Source: an uncultured Verrucomicrobiae bacterium (GTDB lineage Bacteria > Verrucomicrobiota > Verrucomicrobiia > Limisphaerales > Palsa-1400). From it: a stretch of DNA of 64,000 bases. Numbering within the stretch: position 1 is the first letter of the stretch; each line of letters starts with the position of its first letter. This document shows positions 1 to 11,009 of the stretch, in pieces. The notes under the pieces are model-generated. The model was given only the letters and a program-made list of their open reading frames with translations. It was not told the origin of the DNA and ran no database searches. The stretch covers positions 160,001 to 224,000 of the forward strand of contig CAVPOM010000009.1 in assembly GCA_963707025.1 (NCBI GenBank), written 5' to 3'. The position numbers and the translations under genes were made by a program.

Positions 1-900
1 AACCTGGTCCACAAAGCCATTTCCACCATCGAGGAGTATCACAAAAACCAGGGCATGCTCACCGGCATCGGCACCGGCTTGGTGGATTTCGACAAAATGA
101 CCACCGGGCTGCACCCCGGCGAAATGATCGTCATCGCCGCGCGGCCCTCCGTGGGCAAAACCTCCCTGGCCATGAACATCGCCGAGCACGTCGCCCTGGA
201 GCTGAAAATCCCCACCGGCATCTTCAGCCTGGAAATGACCGCCGACCAGCTCATCCTGCGCATGCTCTGCTCCCGCTCCCGCGTCAACCTGCGCAGCATC
301 CGCGAAGGCTTCCTGGCCGAGCGCGATTTCCCCAAGCTGACCGGCGCGGCCGGCAAGCTGGCCGCCGCCCCGTTGATCATTGACGACACCTCCGCCCTCT
401 CCATTTTGCAATTGCGCGCCAAGGCCCGGCGCATGAAGCAACAGCACGGCATCCAACTGTTTGTCATTGACTACCTGCAATTGCTCCATTCTACTTCGCG
501 CAAGGCGGATAACCGCCAGCAGGAGATTGCGGACATCTCTGGAGGCATCAAGGCCCTGGCGAAGGAATTGGCCGTGCCCATTATCGTTCTCAGCCAGCTC
601 AACCGTGACGTTGAAAAACGCGCGGGCAAGGATGCCAAGCCGCGCCTGTCGGATTTGCGCGAATCTGGCGCCATTGAACAGGACGCCGACTTGGTGGGAC
701 TATTGTATAAAGAAAGAGAAATGGAAGACGGACCAGACGACGCCAACGAGGCGGAGCAAGAGGCCATTCCAATGAATCTGCATATCGCCAAACAACGCAA
801 CGGCCCCATCGGGGAAGTCAAACTGACCTTCCTCAAGGGCTACACCCGCTTCGAAAGCGCCGCCAAAGTCGCCGCCGAGGATGTGCCGGCTGATTCCTAG
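1..900 (+). CDS. dnaB: Replicative DNA helicase DnaB (5'-truncated by window edge)
   Basis: Frame open from base 1; Walker A AARPSVGKT, FSLEM, IDYLQL, LSQLNR, SDLRESGAIEQDAD, KQRNGP motifs. Confidence 0.98.
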   Translation, partial: NLVHKAISTIEEYHKNQGMLTGIGTGLVDFDKMTTGLHPGEMIVIAARPSVGKTSLAMNIAEHVALELKIPTGIFSLEMTADQLILRMLCSRSRVNLRSIREGFLAERDFPKLTGAAGKLAAAPLIIDDTSALSILQLRAKARRMKQQHGIQLFVIDYLQLLHSTSRKADNRQQEIADISGGIKALAKELAVPIIVLSQLNRDVEKRAGKDAKPRLSDLRESGAIEQDADLVGLLYKEREMEDGPDDANEAEQEAIPMNLHIAKQRNGPIGEVKLTFLKGYTRFESAAKVAAEDVPADS

Positions 901-3375
901 ATGAACCATATCCTGAAGAACCTCCTGCTACCCGCCCGCCGCCTCCTGGGGCTCCTGCTCCTGCTCCTGCCGCTCCTGGCCCGGGGGCAAATGCAGGGCA
1001 GCCTCATCCATAAAATCTACATCCAGCACATCGGCCCCCCGGCCGTGAGCGACGCCTTCATTCGCGCCAACATCCGCAGCAAGGAGGGCGAACGCCTCTT
1101 CCACGCCACCATCGAGGAGGACGAGGCCGGTCTCTACGCCACCGGCTTTTTCTTTAACGTCCACGTCGCCGAAACCAACGTGCCGGAGGGCGTTGACCTG
1201 ACCTATCAGGTGCAGGGCAAACCCATCGTCACCGACATTAAAATCATCGGCAACAAAAAGCTCAGCCTGAGCAAGCTCAAAAAGAAGCTCACCTCCAAAC
1301 AGGGCCAGCCCCTGGATCCCGTCAAACTTTTCCACAACGCCCAGGACATGCAGGAGCTTTACCAAAAAGCCGGCTATCAGGACACCACCGTCACGGTCCT
1401 GCCTTTCGCCATTGATGAAATCGCCGGGCGCGCCACCGTCACCATCGAGGTCAAGGAAACGGAAAAAATCAGAATCACGGACGTCGTCTTCGACGGCGCC
1501 CGCGTCAAAACCCAAAAGGAATTGCGCAAAGTCCTCAAAACCAGGCGGCACTGGATGTTCTCCTGGCTGACCGGCTCGGGCGTGTTGAAAAAGGATGAAT
1601 TTGAGGACGACATGGACCGGCTGCTCGAATTCTACCAAAACGACGGCTACATTGATTTTGCCATCCTCGACAAGAGATTCGAGAAGACCGCCGCGAACAG
1701 GATGGTCATCCACATCGTCCTCTCCGAAGGCAGGCAATACAAGGTGGGCAACCTCACCATCAAGGGAAACACCATCTTTTCGACCAACGATTTCCTCAAG
1801 GGAAAGCTCATTGGCGGCAAGCTCATGGTCCTGACCAACGTCCCCGGCGCCATCTTCAAGCCGGTGGCCTTTGAGGCCGATGTCGAAACCATTCGCGACA
1901 TGTACGGTTCCCGGGGCTATCTCTCCGAATATCAGAACGGCAGCACCGTCATCCGGGCAACCCGCACCCCCAACACCGCCAACGGCACCATGGACCTGGC
2001 CATCAACATCCAGGAGGGCGACAAGAGCTACATCGAAAAAATTGAAATCAAAGGCAACGAAAAAACCAAGGACCGCGTCATCCGCCGTGAACTGGCCGTC
2101 TATCCCGGCGAAGTCTATAACATGGTCAACGTCAAAATCAGCAAGGGCATCCTCGAACAAATGGAGTACTTCTCCAAAGTGGATGTCTCCGCCGAGGACA
2201 CCGAAATTGCCAACTACAAGAATCTGGTCATCGGCCTGCAGGAACAAAGCATGAGCAGCGCCAGCATCGGCGCGGGCTTCAGCTCCGTCGAAAGCATCGT
2301 CGGCTTCGTCGAAGTCAAAATGAAAAACTTCGACCTCTTTAATCCCCCCACCTTCACCGGGGCCGGCCAGAAACTCCAGCTCATCGCCTCCGTCGGCGCC
2401 CTCTACCAGGATTACGAGATTGCCTTCACTGAACCTTATTTCCTGGGCAAAAAGCTCATCCTGGGGGTCAGCCTCTTCCACCGCCAGGTGGATTACGACA
2501 GCTTGAACAGCCTGTACACGGAAACCTACGACGGCGGCACCATCAGTCTTACCAAATCACTGGGGCGCTATCTCAGGGGCAGCGTCAGTTACACCCCCGA
2601 AAACGTCCACGTCAGCATGAACCCGGGCTTCAACACCAACAGCATCACCAACATCGTCGTCCTCCCGGGCGGCGGCACCACCAACAGCGTCAATGTGCAT
2701 AATATCTCCACCAACATTTTCGACGAGCACGGCAGCTACCTCGAAAACAAGTTCGGCTTTTCCATTGATTACGACTCCCGCAATGATTATCGCAATCCCA
2801 ACCACGGCCAGCACACCGAATTGCTCGCGCAACTGGCCACCCCTCCGGGCGACACCGACTTTTACAAGCTGGAACTGCATTCCAGTTGGTATTTCAAGGG
2901 CTTCGCCCCGGGCCACATCCTCGAACTCGACGCCCGCGGCGGCGTGGTGGATGGTTACGGCGGGACCGAGCACATCCCCATTTTCGAACGCTGGTTCCTG
3001 GGCGGCCTGGGTTCCCTGCGCGGCTATCGCTACCATCAAGTCGGGCCGCAGGATGCCTACGGGGAACCGCTCGGCGGCGACACCTATTTCTTCGGCGACG
3101 CCGAATACAGCATTCCCCTGGTCAAAATCGTCCGCCTGGCCTGGTTCTACGACATGGGCAACGTCTTTGCCGACCCCTACAGCTTTAAGCTCACCCAGCA
3201 ACAGGCCCATTTTTTCAGCGACAACGCCGGCATCGGCTTGCGCATCGTCCTGCCCATCGGCGGGCCGCAAGGCGTGCCCCTTCGCCTGGACTACGGCATT
3301 CCCATCACCCACGACCCCAACACCGGATCGGGCGGCCGCGTCCAGATCGGCGTCGGCTACACCCGCGATTTCTAA
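901..3375 (+). CDS. bamA: Outer-membrane protein assembly factor BamA (Omp85)
   Basis: Signal peptide, POTRA-like repeats (GNEKTKDRVIRRE), LRGY lid-lock motif, C-terminal Phe; followed by skp. Confidence 0.96.
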   Translation: MNHILKNLLLPARRLLGLLLLLLPLLARGQMQGSLIHKIYIQHIGPPAVSDAFIRANIRSKEGERLFHATIEEDEAGLYATGFFFNVHVAETNVPEGVDLTYQVQGKPIVTDIKIIGNKKLSLSKLKKKLTSKQGQPLDPVKLFHNAQDMQELYQKAGYQDTTVTVLPFAIDEIAGRATVTIEVKETEKIRITDVVFDGARVKTQKELRKVLKTRRHWMFSWLTGSGVLKKDEFEDDMDRLLEFYQNDGYIDFAILDKRFEKTAANRMVIHIVLSEGRQYKVGNLTIKGNTIFSTNDFLKGKLIGGKLMVLTNVPGAIFKPVAFEADVETIRDMYGSRGYLSEYQNGSTVIRATRTPNTANGTMDLAINIQEGDKSYIEKIEIKGNEKTKDRVIRRELAVYPGEVYNMVNVKISKGILEQMEYFSKVDVSAEDTEIANYKNLVIGLQEQSMSSASIGAGFSSVESIVGFVEVKMKNFDLFNPPTFTGAGQKLQLIASVGALYQDYEIAFTEPYFLGKKLILGVSLFHRQVDYDSLNSLYTETYDGGTISLTKSLGRYLRGSVSYTPENVHVSMNPGFNTNSITNIVVLPGGGTTNSVNVHNISTNIFDEHGSYLENKFGFSIDYDSRNDYRNPNHGQHTELLAQLATPPGDTDFYKLELHSSWYFKGFAPGHILELDARGGVVDGYGGTEHIPIFERWFLGGLGSLRGYRYHQVGPQDAYGEPLGGDTYFFGDAEYSIPLVKIVRLAWFYDMGNVFADPYSFKLTQQQAHFFSDNAGIGLRIVLPIGGPQGVPLRLDYGIPITHDPNTGSGGRVQIGVGYTRDF

Positions 3376-3381
3376 GCCTTT

Positions 3382-4050
3382 ATGAAAAAAATAATCCCCC
3401 TCGGCCTTCTCACCGTCTCCCTGCTCGCCGGTGGCGCCAGCGGCCTGGCCGCCGACTTCAAAATCGCCACCGTTGACCTGCGCAAAGTCTTCGACACCTA
3501 TTACAAAACCATCCAGGCCAGCATTGCCAACTCCAACAACATCGTGGAGCGCGACAAGTATATCAACGAAAAGGTGGACGAGCGCCGCAAGGTCGAGGAC
3601 GAATGGCGTCAGGCCACGGATAGCGCCAACAACCAGATCGTTTCCGCCGAGGAGCGCGCCAAATACAAAAAAAAGGCCGATGACTTGCTCCTGGACCTCC
3701 AGATCCGCGGCGAGTCCATCTCCAACTACTACGCCACCACCGAATCCAAACGCCGCGATGAAATGGTCCGTCACGTCAACGACCTCACCACTGAAATCCG
3801 CGGCGTCCTGGAGGCCATGGCCAAGAAACAGGGCTACACCCTGGTCCTGGACCGCACCGCCTTGACCATGACCGGCAATCCCCTGGTTCTCTACACCAGC
3901 GGTGAAAACGACCTGACCGAGCCGCTCATCAAAGAACTCAACTCCACCGCCCCGGCCACGCCCGCCCCCGAACCCAAAAGCCCCCCCGACACCTCGCTGC
4001 TGCCCGCTCCCGACGCCAAAATCCCGCCCGACAAGCCCGCCCCCAAATGA
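3382..4050 (+). CDS. skp: OmpH/Skp periplasmic chaperone
   Basis: Signal peptide, [11 protein letters not shown] start, coiled coil, GYTLVLD and DLT..LIKELN motifs; downstream of bamA. Confidence 0.9.
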   Translation: MKKIIPLGLLTVSLLAGGASGLAADFKIATVDLRKVFDTYYKTIQASIANSNNIVERDKYINEKVDERRKVEDEWRQATDSANNQIVSAEERAKYKKKADDLLLDLQIRGESISNYYATTESKRRDEMVRHVNDLTTEIRGVLEAMAKKQGYTLVLDRTALTMTGNPLVLYTSGENDLTEPLIKELNSTAPATPAPEPKSPPDTSLLPAPDAKIPPDKPAPK

Positions 4051-4085
4051 TTGACGGGCCTGGCCGATTTCCATTTAATTCCACC

Positions 4086-6695
4086 ATGTCACCAGATCGT
4101 CTTACCATCAAAGCCCAGGAATCCCTCCAGCAAGCCCAGCAAGTCGCCCAGCGCAACTCCAATCAGGAAGTGGACACCCTCCACCTCCTGGCCGCCTTGC
4201 TCGAACAAAAGGAAAGCCTGGTTCCCGCCCTCCTGGAGAAGCTCGGCGTCCCGGCTGCCGGCCTGGCTGCGGCCGTCCAACGCGAGACCGACCGCAAACC
4301 CAAGGTCCACGGCGCCCCATCCGCCGACCTGTTCCTCAGCCCGGCCTTGAAAAAAACCCTCGATGCCGCCGCCACCCAGGCTTCCCGCCTCCACGACGAA
4401 TATGTCAGCACCGAGCACCTGCTCCTGGGCCTTCTCGAAGAGGCCGGAGCGCCCTTGAAGAAAATCCTGCAAAGCTCCGGCCTGACCCGCGACCCCCTTT
4501 TAAAAGCCCTGGCCGAACTGCGCGGCCACCAGCGCGTCACCGATCCCAACCCCGAAGACAAATTCCAGGCCCTGGAAAAATATGGCCGCGACCTCACCGC
4601 CCTGGCCCGGGCCGGCAAAATTGACCCCGTTGTCGGCCGCAACGAGGAAATCCGCCGCGTCATGCAAGTCCTTTCCCGCCGCACCAAGAACAATCCCGTC
4701 CTCATCGGCGAGCCGGGCACGGGCAAAACCGCCATCGTCGAAGGCCTGGCCCGCCGCATCGTCAGCGGGGACGTGCCGGAGTCGCTCAAAAACAAAAAGC
4801 TCGTCGCCCTGGATTTGGGCGCCATGATCGCCGGCGCAAAATTCCGCGGCGAATTTGAAGACCGCCTCAAGGCCTTCCTCAAGGAAGTCACCGCCAGCGA
4901 GGGCCGCGTCCTGCTGTTCATTGATGAATTGCACACCATCGTCGGCGCGGGCGCGGCGGAGGGCGCCGCCGACGCCGCCAACATGCTCAAGCCGCCCCTG
5001 GCCCGCGGTGAACTGCGCTGCATCGGCGCCACCACCCTGGATGAATACCGCAAACACATCGAGAAAGACCCCGCCCTGGAACGCCGTTTCCAGCCCATTT
5101 ACATCACCGAACCCAGCGTCGAAGAAACCATCGCCATCCTCCGCGGCCTGAAGGATCGTTACGAAGTCCACCACGGCGTCCGCATCCAGGATGCCGCCCT
5201 GGTCGCCGCCGCCACCCTTTCCCATCGTTACATCACCGGCCGTTTCCTCCCGGACAAGGCGGTGGATCTCATGGACGAAGCCGCCTCCCGCCTGCGCATG
5301 GAGCAGGACTCCATGCCCGCCGAACTGGATCAACTGGAGCGCCAGATCATGCAGTTGGAAATCGAGCAGAACGCCTTGCGCAAGGAAAAAGACGACGCCT
5401 CCCGCGAGCGGCTCAAAAAAATCGAGCGCGACCTGGCCAATCTCAAGGAGAAAGCCGCCCGCCTCAAAGCCACCTGGCAAAACGAAAAAGCCGCCATCAA
5501 CGCCATTTCCATCCTCAACAGCCAGTTGGAGGAAGCCCGTCAAGAACAAGAATCCGCCCAGCGCGCCGGCGACCTCAACCTCGCCTCCCAAATCCAATAC
5601 GGCCGCATCCCCGAACTGCGCCGCAAGCTCGACGCCGCCCAGAAGGAATTCGCCCGCCGCGAGGGCGCCCGCCTCCTCAGCGAGGACGTCACCGAAGAGG
5701 ACATCGCCCGCGTCGTCGCCGCCTGGAGCGGCGTGCCCGTCAGCCGCCTGCTGGAGGGCGAGCGCGAAAAACTGGTCCACATGGAGGAACGCCTGCGCCA
5801 GCGCGTCGTCGGCCAGGGCGAGGCCATTGCCGCCGTGGCCAACGCCGTCCGCCGCGCCCGCAGCGGCTTGCAGGACCCCAACCGTCCCCTGGGCTCCTTC
5901 ATTTTTCTCGGCCCCACCGGCGTGGGCAAAACCGAACTGGCCCGCGCACTGGCAGAATTTCTATTTGACGAAGAAAACGCCATGATCCGCATTGACATGA
6001 GCGAATACATGGAACGCCACGCCGTCGCCCGCCTCATCGGCGCCCCCCCCGGCTACGTCGGCTACGAGGAAGGCGGCCAGCTCAGCGAAGCCGTCCGCCG
6101 CCGCCCCTACAGCGTCGTCCTCTTCGACGAAATCGAAAAAGCCCACGCCGATGTCTTCAACGTCCTCCTCCAGGTCCTGGACGACGGCCGCCTCACCGAC
6201 GGCCAGGGCCGCACCGTGGATTTCAAGAGCGCCCTCATCATCATGACCAGCAACATCGGCTCCCCCATCATCCAGGAATTCTTCTCCGCCGGAGCCGGCG
6301 CCGCCGCTGGCGAGCACGCCCGCATGGAAGAACTGGTCCGCGCCGAATTGAAGAAATACTTCCGGCCCGAATTCCTCAATCGCATTGACGACATCATCAT
6401 CTTCCACAGCCTGGATGAAAAAGAAATTGCCGCCATCGTCGAAATCCAGTTGCAGCGCCTCAAAGATCGTCTGGCCCAGCAACAACTCACCGTCACCCTC
6501 GACCCCGCCGCCACCCGCTTTCTGGCCAAGGAAGGTTACGATCCACAATTCGGCGCCCGCCCCCTCAAGCGTGCCATCCAGGAGCTTCTCCTCAACCCGC
6601 TGGCCATGAAACTCCTCGCCGGCGAATTCAAGCCCGGCGACACCGTCAAAGTCACCGCCGCCGCCGGCAACCTGAGATTTCAGCCCCAGAAATGA
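4086..6695 (+). CDS. clpB: ATP-dependent chaperone ClpB
   Basis: Two AAA+ modules ([16 protein letters not shown]), middle coiled coil, [23 protein letters not shown] at 4086 preferred. Confidence 0.97.
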   Translation: MSPDRLTIKAQESLQQAQQVAQRNSNQEVDTLHLLAALLEQKESLVPALLEKLGVPAAGLAAAVQRETDRKPKVHGAPSADLFLSPALKKTLDAAATQASRLHDEYVSTEHLLLGLLEEAGAPLKKILQSSGLTRDPLLKALAELRGHQRVTDPNPEDKFQALEKYGRDLTALARAGKIDPVVGRNEEIRRVMQVLSRRTKNNPVLIGEPGTGKTAIVEGLARRIVSGDVPESLKNKKLVALDLGAMIAGAKFRGEFEDRLKAFLKEVTASEGRVLLFIDELHTIVGAGAAEGAADAANMLKPPLARGELRCIGATTLDEYRKHIEKDPALERRFQPIYITEPSVEETIAILRGLKDRYEVHHGVRIQDAALVAAATLSHRYITGRFLPDKAVDLMDEAASRLRMEQDSMPAELDQLERQIMQLEIEQNALRKEKDDASRERLKKIERDLANLKEKAARLKATWQNEKAAINAISILNSQLEEARQEQESAQRAGDLNLASQIQYGRIPELRRKLDAAQKEFARREGARLLSEDVTEEDIARVVAAWSGVPVSRLLEGEREKLVHMEERLRQRVVGQGEAIAAVANAVRRARSGLQDPNRPLGSFIFLGPTGVGKTELARALAEFLFDEENAMIRIDMSEYMERHAVARLIGAPPGYVGYEEGGQLSEAVRRRPYSVVLFDEIEKAHADVFNVLLQVLDDGRLTDGQGRTVDFKSALIIMTSNIGSPIIQEFFSAGAGAAAGEHARMEELVRAELKKYFRPEFLNRIDDIIIFHSLDEKEIAAIVEIQLQRLKDRLAQQQLTVTLDPAATRFLAKEGYDPQFGARPLKRAIQELLLNPLAMKLLAGEFKPGDTVKVTAAAGNLRFQPQK

Positions 6696-6745
6696 CGATT
6701 GGCCGAAGGATCTGTCGGCTGCCCAAAGAGACATTCAGGATGCCG

Positions 6746-6773
6746 TTGACCGTAGTTAAACTGCTGGCATACT
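6746..6773 (+). promoter_or_regulatory. Putative sigma-70 promoter of the methyltransferase with an operator box in its spacer
   Basis: TTGACC (6746-6751), 16 nt, CATACT (6768-6773), 7 nt before ATG 6781; near-palindrome GTAGTTAAACTGC at 6752-6764. Confidence 0.7.
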
Positions 6774-6780
6774 CTCAACG

Positions 6781-8412
6781 ATGAAGCTGCGCGACCATCA
6801 AGGATTTCTCTCGCTCTACTATGAGCCAAACGCCGTGGAGGTTGCCACGGGCGAGGCAGACTCGTTCGCTTCAGCCGAGTCGTGGCAGCGGGAGACAAAG
6901 CAACTTGGGCAGGTAGCCACGCCCGAGCCGATTGCGGCGCTGATGGCGAAGTGGGTGATGTCGGCCAAGCCGCGCACGGTGCTCGATCCAGGGGCGGGCT
7001 TCGGCGGGCTGCTGGCCGCGTGCCGTAAACTCGACGGGAACGTCCAGTTGGCAGGGGTGGAGCGGGACGTTGAAACGCTGAAACGGGCGAAAATGACTGC
7101 GCCGCGCGGCGCGAAACTGATTCTGGCGGATTATCTCAAGTCCGACGCCGGGTTGTTCGACGGTATTATTGCCAACCCGCCCTACGTAAAGGCGCATCGG
7201 CTCGATTATTCTGAGGAGGATTGGCTCTATTTCGAGGAGCGGCTCGGCACATCATTGGATCGGCTCACGAATCTCTATGCGCTGTTCTTGCTCAAGATTT
7301 GGGAAGACCTTTCGCAGGGTGGACGCGCGGCGGTCATCCTGCCAGCGGAGTTTCTGAACGCGAACTTTGGCCACGAAATCAAGGACCGTCTGGTGCATGC
7401 GATTCGACCGGTGGCGCTCGTGGTGTTCGCCCCTTCAGTGAACCTTTTCGCGAACGCACTCACGACCAGCGCGATCGTGTTTCTGGACAAGGGCCGGCCA
7501 GCGGAAGCGCCGGCATGGGCGAAGCGCGTTGGCTCAATCGAAGAGGCAGCGAAATTCGTCTGCCAGCTCTGCGCCGGAACCGTTGGGCGCGCGGGCAACG
7601 GTTGCCTGAACTTAATGAAGCTCAACCCCAACGACAAATGGCTCAACCTTCTGTTCAACGAGAAGCGGCAGGCTGACGGACCATCATTCCCTAACCGAGT
7701 CGGAGATTACTTCCGTTGCAGCCGTGGCATCGCGACGGGCGCAAATGATTTCTTTTGTTTGAGCCGCGCAGAACTCCGCACCCACCATTTAACGGAAGAG
7801 CATGTCGAGCCTTGCGTCACCAAGGCGTTGGACGCACAGGGACTGGTGTTCACACGCAAGGATTTTGATGCCCTGGCCGCCAGCGGTCGCCGCTGTTTCC
7901 TGCTGAACCCCTCCCGCAACGGCCCAGACCTCAAGCGCTATCTGAAGCTCGGCGAGGAGCGGCGCATTCCTCAGCGCCATTTGCCAAGCCATCGTCCGGT
8001 CTGGTATATGCCGGAGAAACGCGCCGTGGCGGACATTTGGGCAGCCGTCTTTTCGCGCGGGTCGGCGAAGTTCATACTGAACACCTCTGGCGCAAGAAAC
8101 CTGACATGTTTCCACGGCCTCTACGCCAAACCGGGCTGCGACTGCCTGTCACCGCTGATGACGTTGTTCTTGAACAGTTCCGACGGGCGGCGGGCGTTCT
8201 CCCAAGTAAACCGGTTTTATGGCGACGGCTTGGACAAGCTTGAACCGAAAGACGTGGAAGATATGCCCTGCCCCGACTTCCCAACGCCAACCACGGCTTC
8301 GAGCAGGGAACTCCAAGCCAAGCTCATTGGGTTGGGAATACTCGCGCAACCAGTCAGGCAGGCGGCGATTGACCTGCTTGCATCCGTTTTGCTGCGTCTG
8401 CCGCTTCGATGA
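6781..8412 (+). CDS. Type II DNA amino-methyltransferase (gamma class, probably N6-adenine)
   Basis: GQVATP (motif X), VLDPGAGFGG (motif I), IIANPPY (motif IV), NLYALFL, RGIATGANDFF, KLEP in the TRD region. Confidence 0.92.
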   Translation: MKLRDHQGFLSLYYEPNAVEVATGEADSFASAESWQRETKQLGQVATPEPIAALMAKWVMSAKPRTVLDPGAGFGGLLAACRKLDGNVQLAGVERDVETLKRAKMTAPRGAKLILADYLKSDAGLFDGIIANPPYVKAHRLDYSEEDWLYFEERLGTSLDRLTNLYALFLLKIWEDLSQGGRAAVILPAEFLNANFGHEIKDRLVHAIRPVALVVFAPSVNLFANALTTSAIVFLDKGRPAEAPAWAKRVGSIEEAAKFVCQLCAGTVGRAGNGCLNLMKLNPNDKWLNLLFNEKRQADGPSFPNRVGDYFRCSRGIATGANDFFCLSRAELRTHHLTEEHVEPCVTKALDAQGLVFTRKDFDALAASGRRCFLLNPSRNGPDLKRYLKLGEERRIPQRHLPSHRPVWYMPEKRAVADIWAAVFSRGSAKFILNTSGARNLTCFHGLYAKPGCDCLSPLMTLFLNSSDGRRAFSQVNRFYGDGLDKLEPKDVEDMPCPDFPTPTTASSRELQAKLIGLGILAQPVRQAAIDLLASVLLRLPLR

Positions 8413-9442
8413 TCCTTTGAAGCTCGGCTTTGTCAAAGACGACTTTGCCTCCTGAGAATTCTACGACAACCACCACGCGACCGTTGCCCAGTTGTTTGAA
8501 CGAAGCTTTCAGCAACTGTGGTTGCTCGAACTCAGTGGAGAGACATACACCAGACGTCAGAGGAATGTAGATCGTGGATTTGAACTGATTTCTGGCGAAG
8601 CGAACAATCCGATATTTTTTGGATTTTGGCGACTGAGCGAGCAACTCCAAAATGCGATCGAATCCGATGGCATACACGCGACCGAACAACACCTGAACGT
8701 AATAATGCGGCACGTCGTGAATCTCGATCCACATTACCACATTTCGGACATCCTCCACTTTCGGTGTGAAACTCAGCTTTGCAGGATCACGTTCCCCATC
8801 GAGCGTCTGCTGACTTGATCGCACTTCAAGGGCTGCAACCGCTTTTTTCGCAATACTGATCAGATCGTTGGCGCTCTCGCCTTCGAAACTCCCTTGCGGC
8901 ATCTCAGGTTTGCGGAAGACAAGAAGGTCGGGGCGCTTGCCGATCCCTTTCAATTCTTGCTGGTGCTCCAAATAGAGTTTCACAAAGCCGTCCTCACCCG
9001 CAATCAGGCGATCCTGGCGTCCATAGGAAACCGCGCACACATCCAGGCCCGATTTGTTGACAGCGACCCGCACCACTCCTTCCGCCCAGTCGCCGAGTTC
9101 TCGATTGATGATGAAATTGGAAGCGCCTTGCGAGGGAGCGTGCGGGTCTTGTGCGCCTGCGATTGCCTTCTGGATATTTTCCGGCACGCTGTCCCATACG
9201 CCGGCTAAAAACTCGCTCAGTATCTCCGAGGGTATGAGATTGAGTTTGTCGGTCGAGTTCAAAAGTTTCGTGATCTCGTCCGGCTGGGTTCCCGTGATCG
9301 CCTCGCGGATGTCCTTCTTCTTGAGGAAGTTCGCAAGTGCGCCTCTCGGAAATTGCCGCTTCTGTGTTGCGGGATCGAACAGCGGCTTTACGTCTGCGTG
9401 AACTCCTTTGAACAATTCTTGGATTCTCGCAGCGTAACTCAT
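8354..9442 (-). CDS. Type II restriction endonuclease, AccI-like
   Basis: GDWAE, GKRPDLL, ALEVRSS, LSFTPKVED, HYYVQV motifs resemble the AccI family; convergent with the MTase, downstream of an HTH controller. Confidence 0.8.
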   Translation of the reverse strand: MSYAARIQELFKGVHADVKPLFDPATQKRQFPRGALANFLKKKDIREAITGTQPDEITKLLNSTDKLNLIPSEILSEFLAGVWDSVPENIQKAIAGAQDPHAPSQGASNFIINRELGDWAEGVVRVAVNKSGLDVCAVSYGRQDRLIAGEDGFVKLYLEHQQELKGIGKRPDLLVFRKPEMPQGSFEGESANDLISIAKKAVAALEVRSSQQTLDGERDPAKLSFTPKVEDVRNVVMWIEIHDVPHYYVQVLFGRVYAIGFDRILELLAQSPKSKKYRIVRFARNQFKSTIYIPLTSGVCLSTEFEQPQLLKASFKQLGNGRVVVVVEFSGGKVVFDKAELQRIIEAADAAKRMQAGQSPPA

Positions 9443-9657
9443 CGCTTCTTCTCCTCGAAGGTGAACAGTTCCCTGACCTCAACCCTGAGCGCTTCGGAAA
9501 ACTTTTCCAACCCGGCGACGGATGGAGCGTTCACACCACGTTCCACGAGGCTAATGAACTCAACCGAGCAGCCGACAGCTTCGGCAAGTTGTTCTTGTGT
9601 GAGCTTCCTGGCCCGGCGCAGGTCGCCAATACGTTTGCCCAGTTTTCGTTGAAGCAC
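9439..9657 (-). CDS. XRE-family HTH controller (C) protein of the R-M system
   Basis: 72 aa, LTQEQLAE...ISLVERG; stop overlaps the REase start (4-bp overlap), the classic C-R operon layout. Confidence 0.85.
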   Translation of the reverse strand: MLQRKLGKRIGDLRRARKLTQEQLAEAVGCSVEFISLVERGVNAPSVAGLEKFSEALRVEVRELFTFEEKKR

Positions 9658-9709
9658 GCAGTTTAACTACCACTTCACCCGGATATTCACCACGCAGCTA
9701 AACTACGTG
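9658..9709 (-). promoter_or_regulatory. Two C-box-like operators upstream of the controller gene
   Basis: GTAGTTAAACTGC (9670-9658, abutting the GTG start) and GTAGTTTAGCTGC (9706-9694), 36-bp period. Confidence 0.75.
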
Positions 9710-9810
9710 CTGCACAAATGCGCCCGCGCCAGTGTCCTTCGCCGGTTTTTTCCCGGTTGCATTATTGGCAAATTGGGCGAAATTTACCGAAATATTGATG
9801 GAATTGCATT

Positions 9811-10953
9811 ATGGACCAACAAAACTTTCCCCCCTTTAATCTCACCCGCCTGCTCCAAACCGTCTTCACTCCCGCACCGGGTGAACGCCTCGCCATCCTC
9901 ATTGACCTGGCCGATCCCAGGCTGGTCCGCGACTTCGCCTTCCTCAAAGACCCCGGCCTTTCCATCCAGCGCCACGCCTATGAGGTTTTTTACCAGGGGC
10001 TGAAAAAGGGCGGCCTGGCCGAACTCAAACTGACCGGCGGCGACTTGTTCGCCTATCAAATCACCGGCGGCAGCAATCTCGATCTGCCCGATCAGGCCTT
10101 CGATCCCGCCGGAAAAGAACTGAGCCTGGAAAAAGACGTTTACCCCAAATACAACATCCTCCTTTGCATTTCCACCTTCTCGGCCACCGCCCCTTTGACC
10201 GCCTTTGCCAAACGCTTCGGCTTCCGCGGCGCCACTTTGCACGGCCTCAACGACATCATTTTGCGCACCGGCCTCGCCGTGGACTATAACGAAGTCAGCC
10301 GCCAGGCCGAAAAACTCCGGCTCGGCCTGACCGGCGCCGATTCCTTTGAAATTGATTTCCTCCTCCTCGGCCAAAAACACACCTTGAAACTGCTCTGCGG
10401 CCGCCAGGAAGCCCAGAAAAGCCACGGCCTTTGCCCCCGCGGCAAGCCCGATGTCGCCAACCTGCCCGCCGGCGAAGTCTATTTCGTGCCCCGGAGCGCC
10501 GAAGGCGTTTTCCCGCTGCGCTACGAGGACGGCACCATCGGCCTCATGCAAGTGTCGGGCGGCCACATTCAAAAAGCCGTCCTGGCCCAGGGCCGGCAAA
10601 GCGAAGTGGACGCCCACAACCGCAAACTCCTCTCCGACCCCGTCACCGGCCAGATCGGCGAACTGGGTTTCGGCACCCAGGAACTGCCCCCGTCGGGCCG
10701 TGACATCCAGGACGAAAAAATCCTCGGCACCCTCCACGTCGCCACCGGCCGCAGCGATCACCTGGGCGGGGCGCTGACCCCCGACAAATTCGCCAGCGCC
10801 AAAAACGCCACCCACGACGACATCCTTTTTTCCCCGTCCAAAACCCCGGAAATCCGCGTCACCCAGGTGCGCATGCAGCGCGGCAGTCAACACGAAATAA
10901 TCATTGAGGACTACCGCCCTTCCGCTTACCTGCGCCAATTGCTGGCCGCTTGA
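9811..10953 (+). CDS. Putative M29-like (thermophilic metalloprotease / aminopeptidase T-type) protein
   Basis: NLPAGEVY, IGELGFG, DEKILGTLHVATG, HDD motifs typical of M29-like peptidases. Confidence 0.65.
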   Translation: MDQQNFPPFNLTRLLQTVFTPAPGERLAILIDLADPRLVRDFAFLKDPGLSIQRHAYEVFYQGLKKGGLAELKLTGGDLFAYQITGGSNLDLPDQAFDPAGKELSLEKDVYPKYNILLCISTFSATAPLTAFAKRFGFRGATLHGLNDIILRTGLAVDYNEVSRQAEKLRLGLTGADSFEIDFLLLGQKHTLKLLCGRQEAQKSHGLCPRGKPDVANLPAGEVYFVPRSAEGVFPLRYEDGTIGLMQVSGGHIQKAVLAQGRQSEVDAHNRKLLSDPVTGQIGELGFGTQELPPSGRDIQDEKILGTLHVATGRSDHLGGALTPDKFASAKNATHDDILFSPSKTPEIRVTQVRMQRGSQHEIIIEDYRPSAYLRQLLAA

Positions 10954-11009
10954 GCCGCCGCCCTGACCCGTGCCGCCGCTCGAACAGCGCCGGTGAAAAA
11001 GCCCCTGCC

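Noticed and set aside
898..903. dnaB-bamA read-through fusion (TAG directly followed by in-frame ATG)
   Set aside because: BamA has its own signal peptide; the same stop-start abutment occurs at rsbT/rsbX, so this is ordinary translational coupling.
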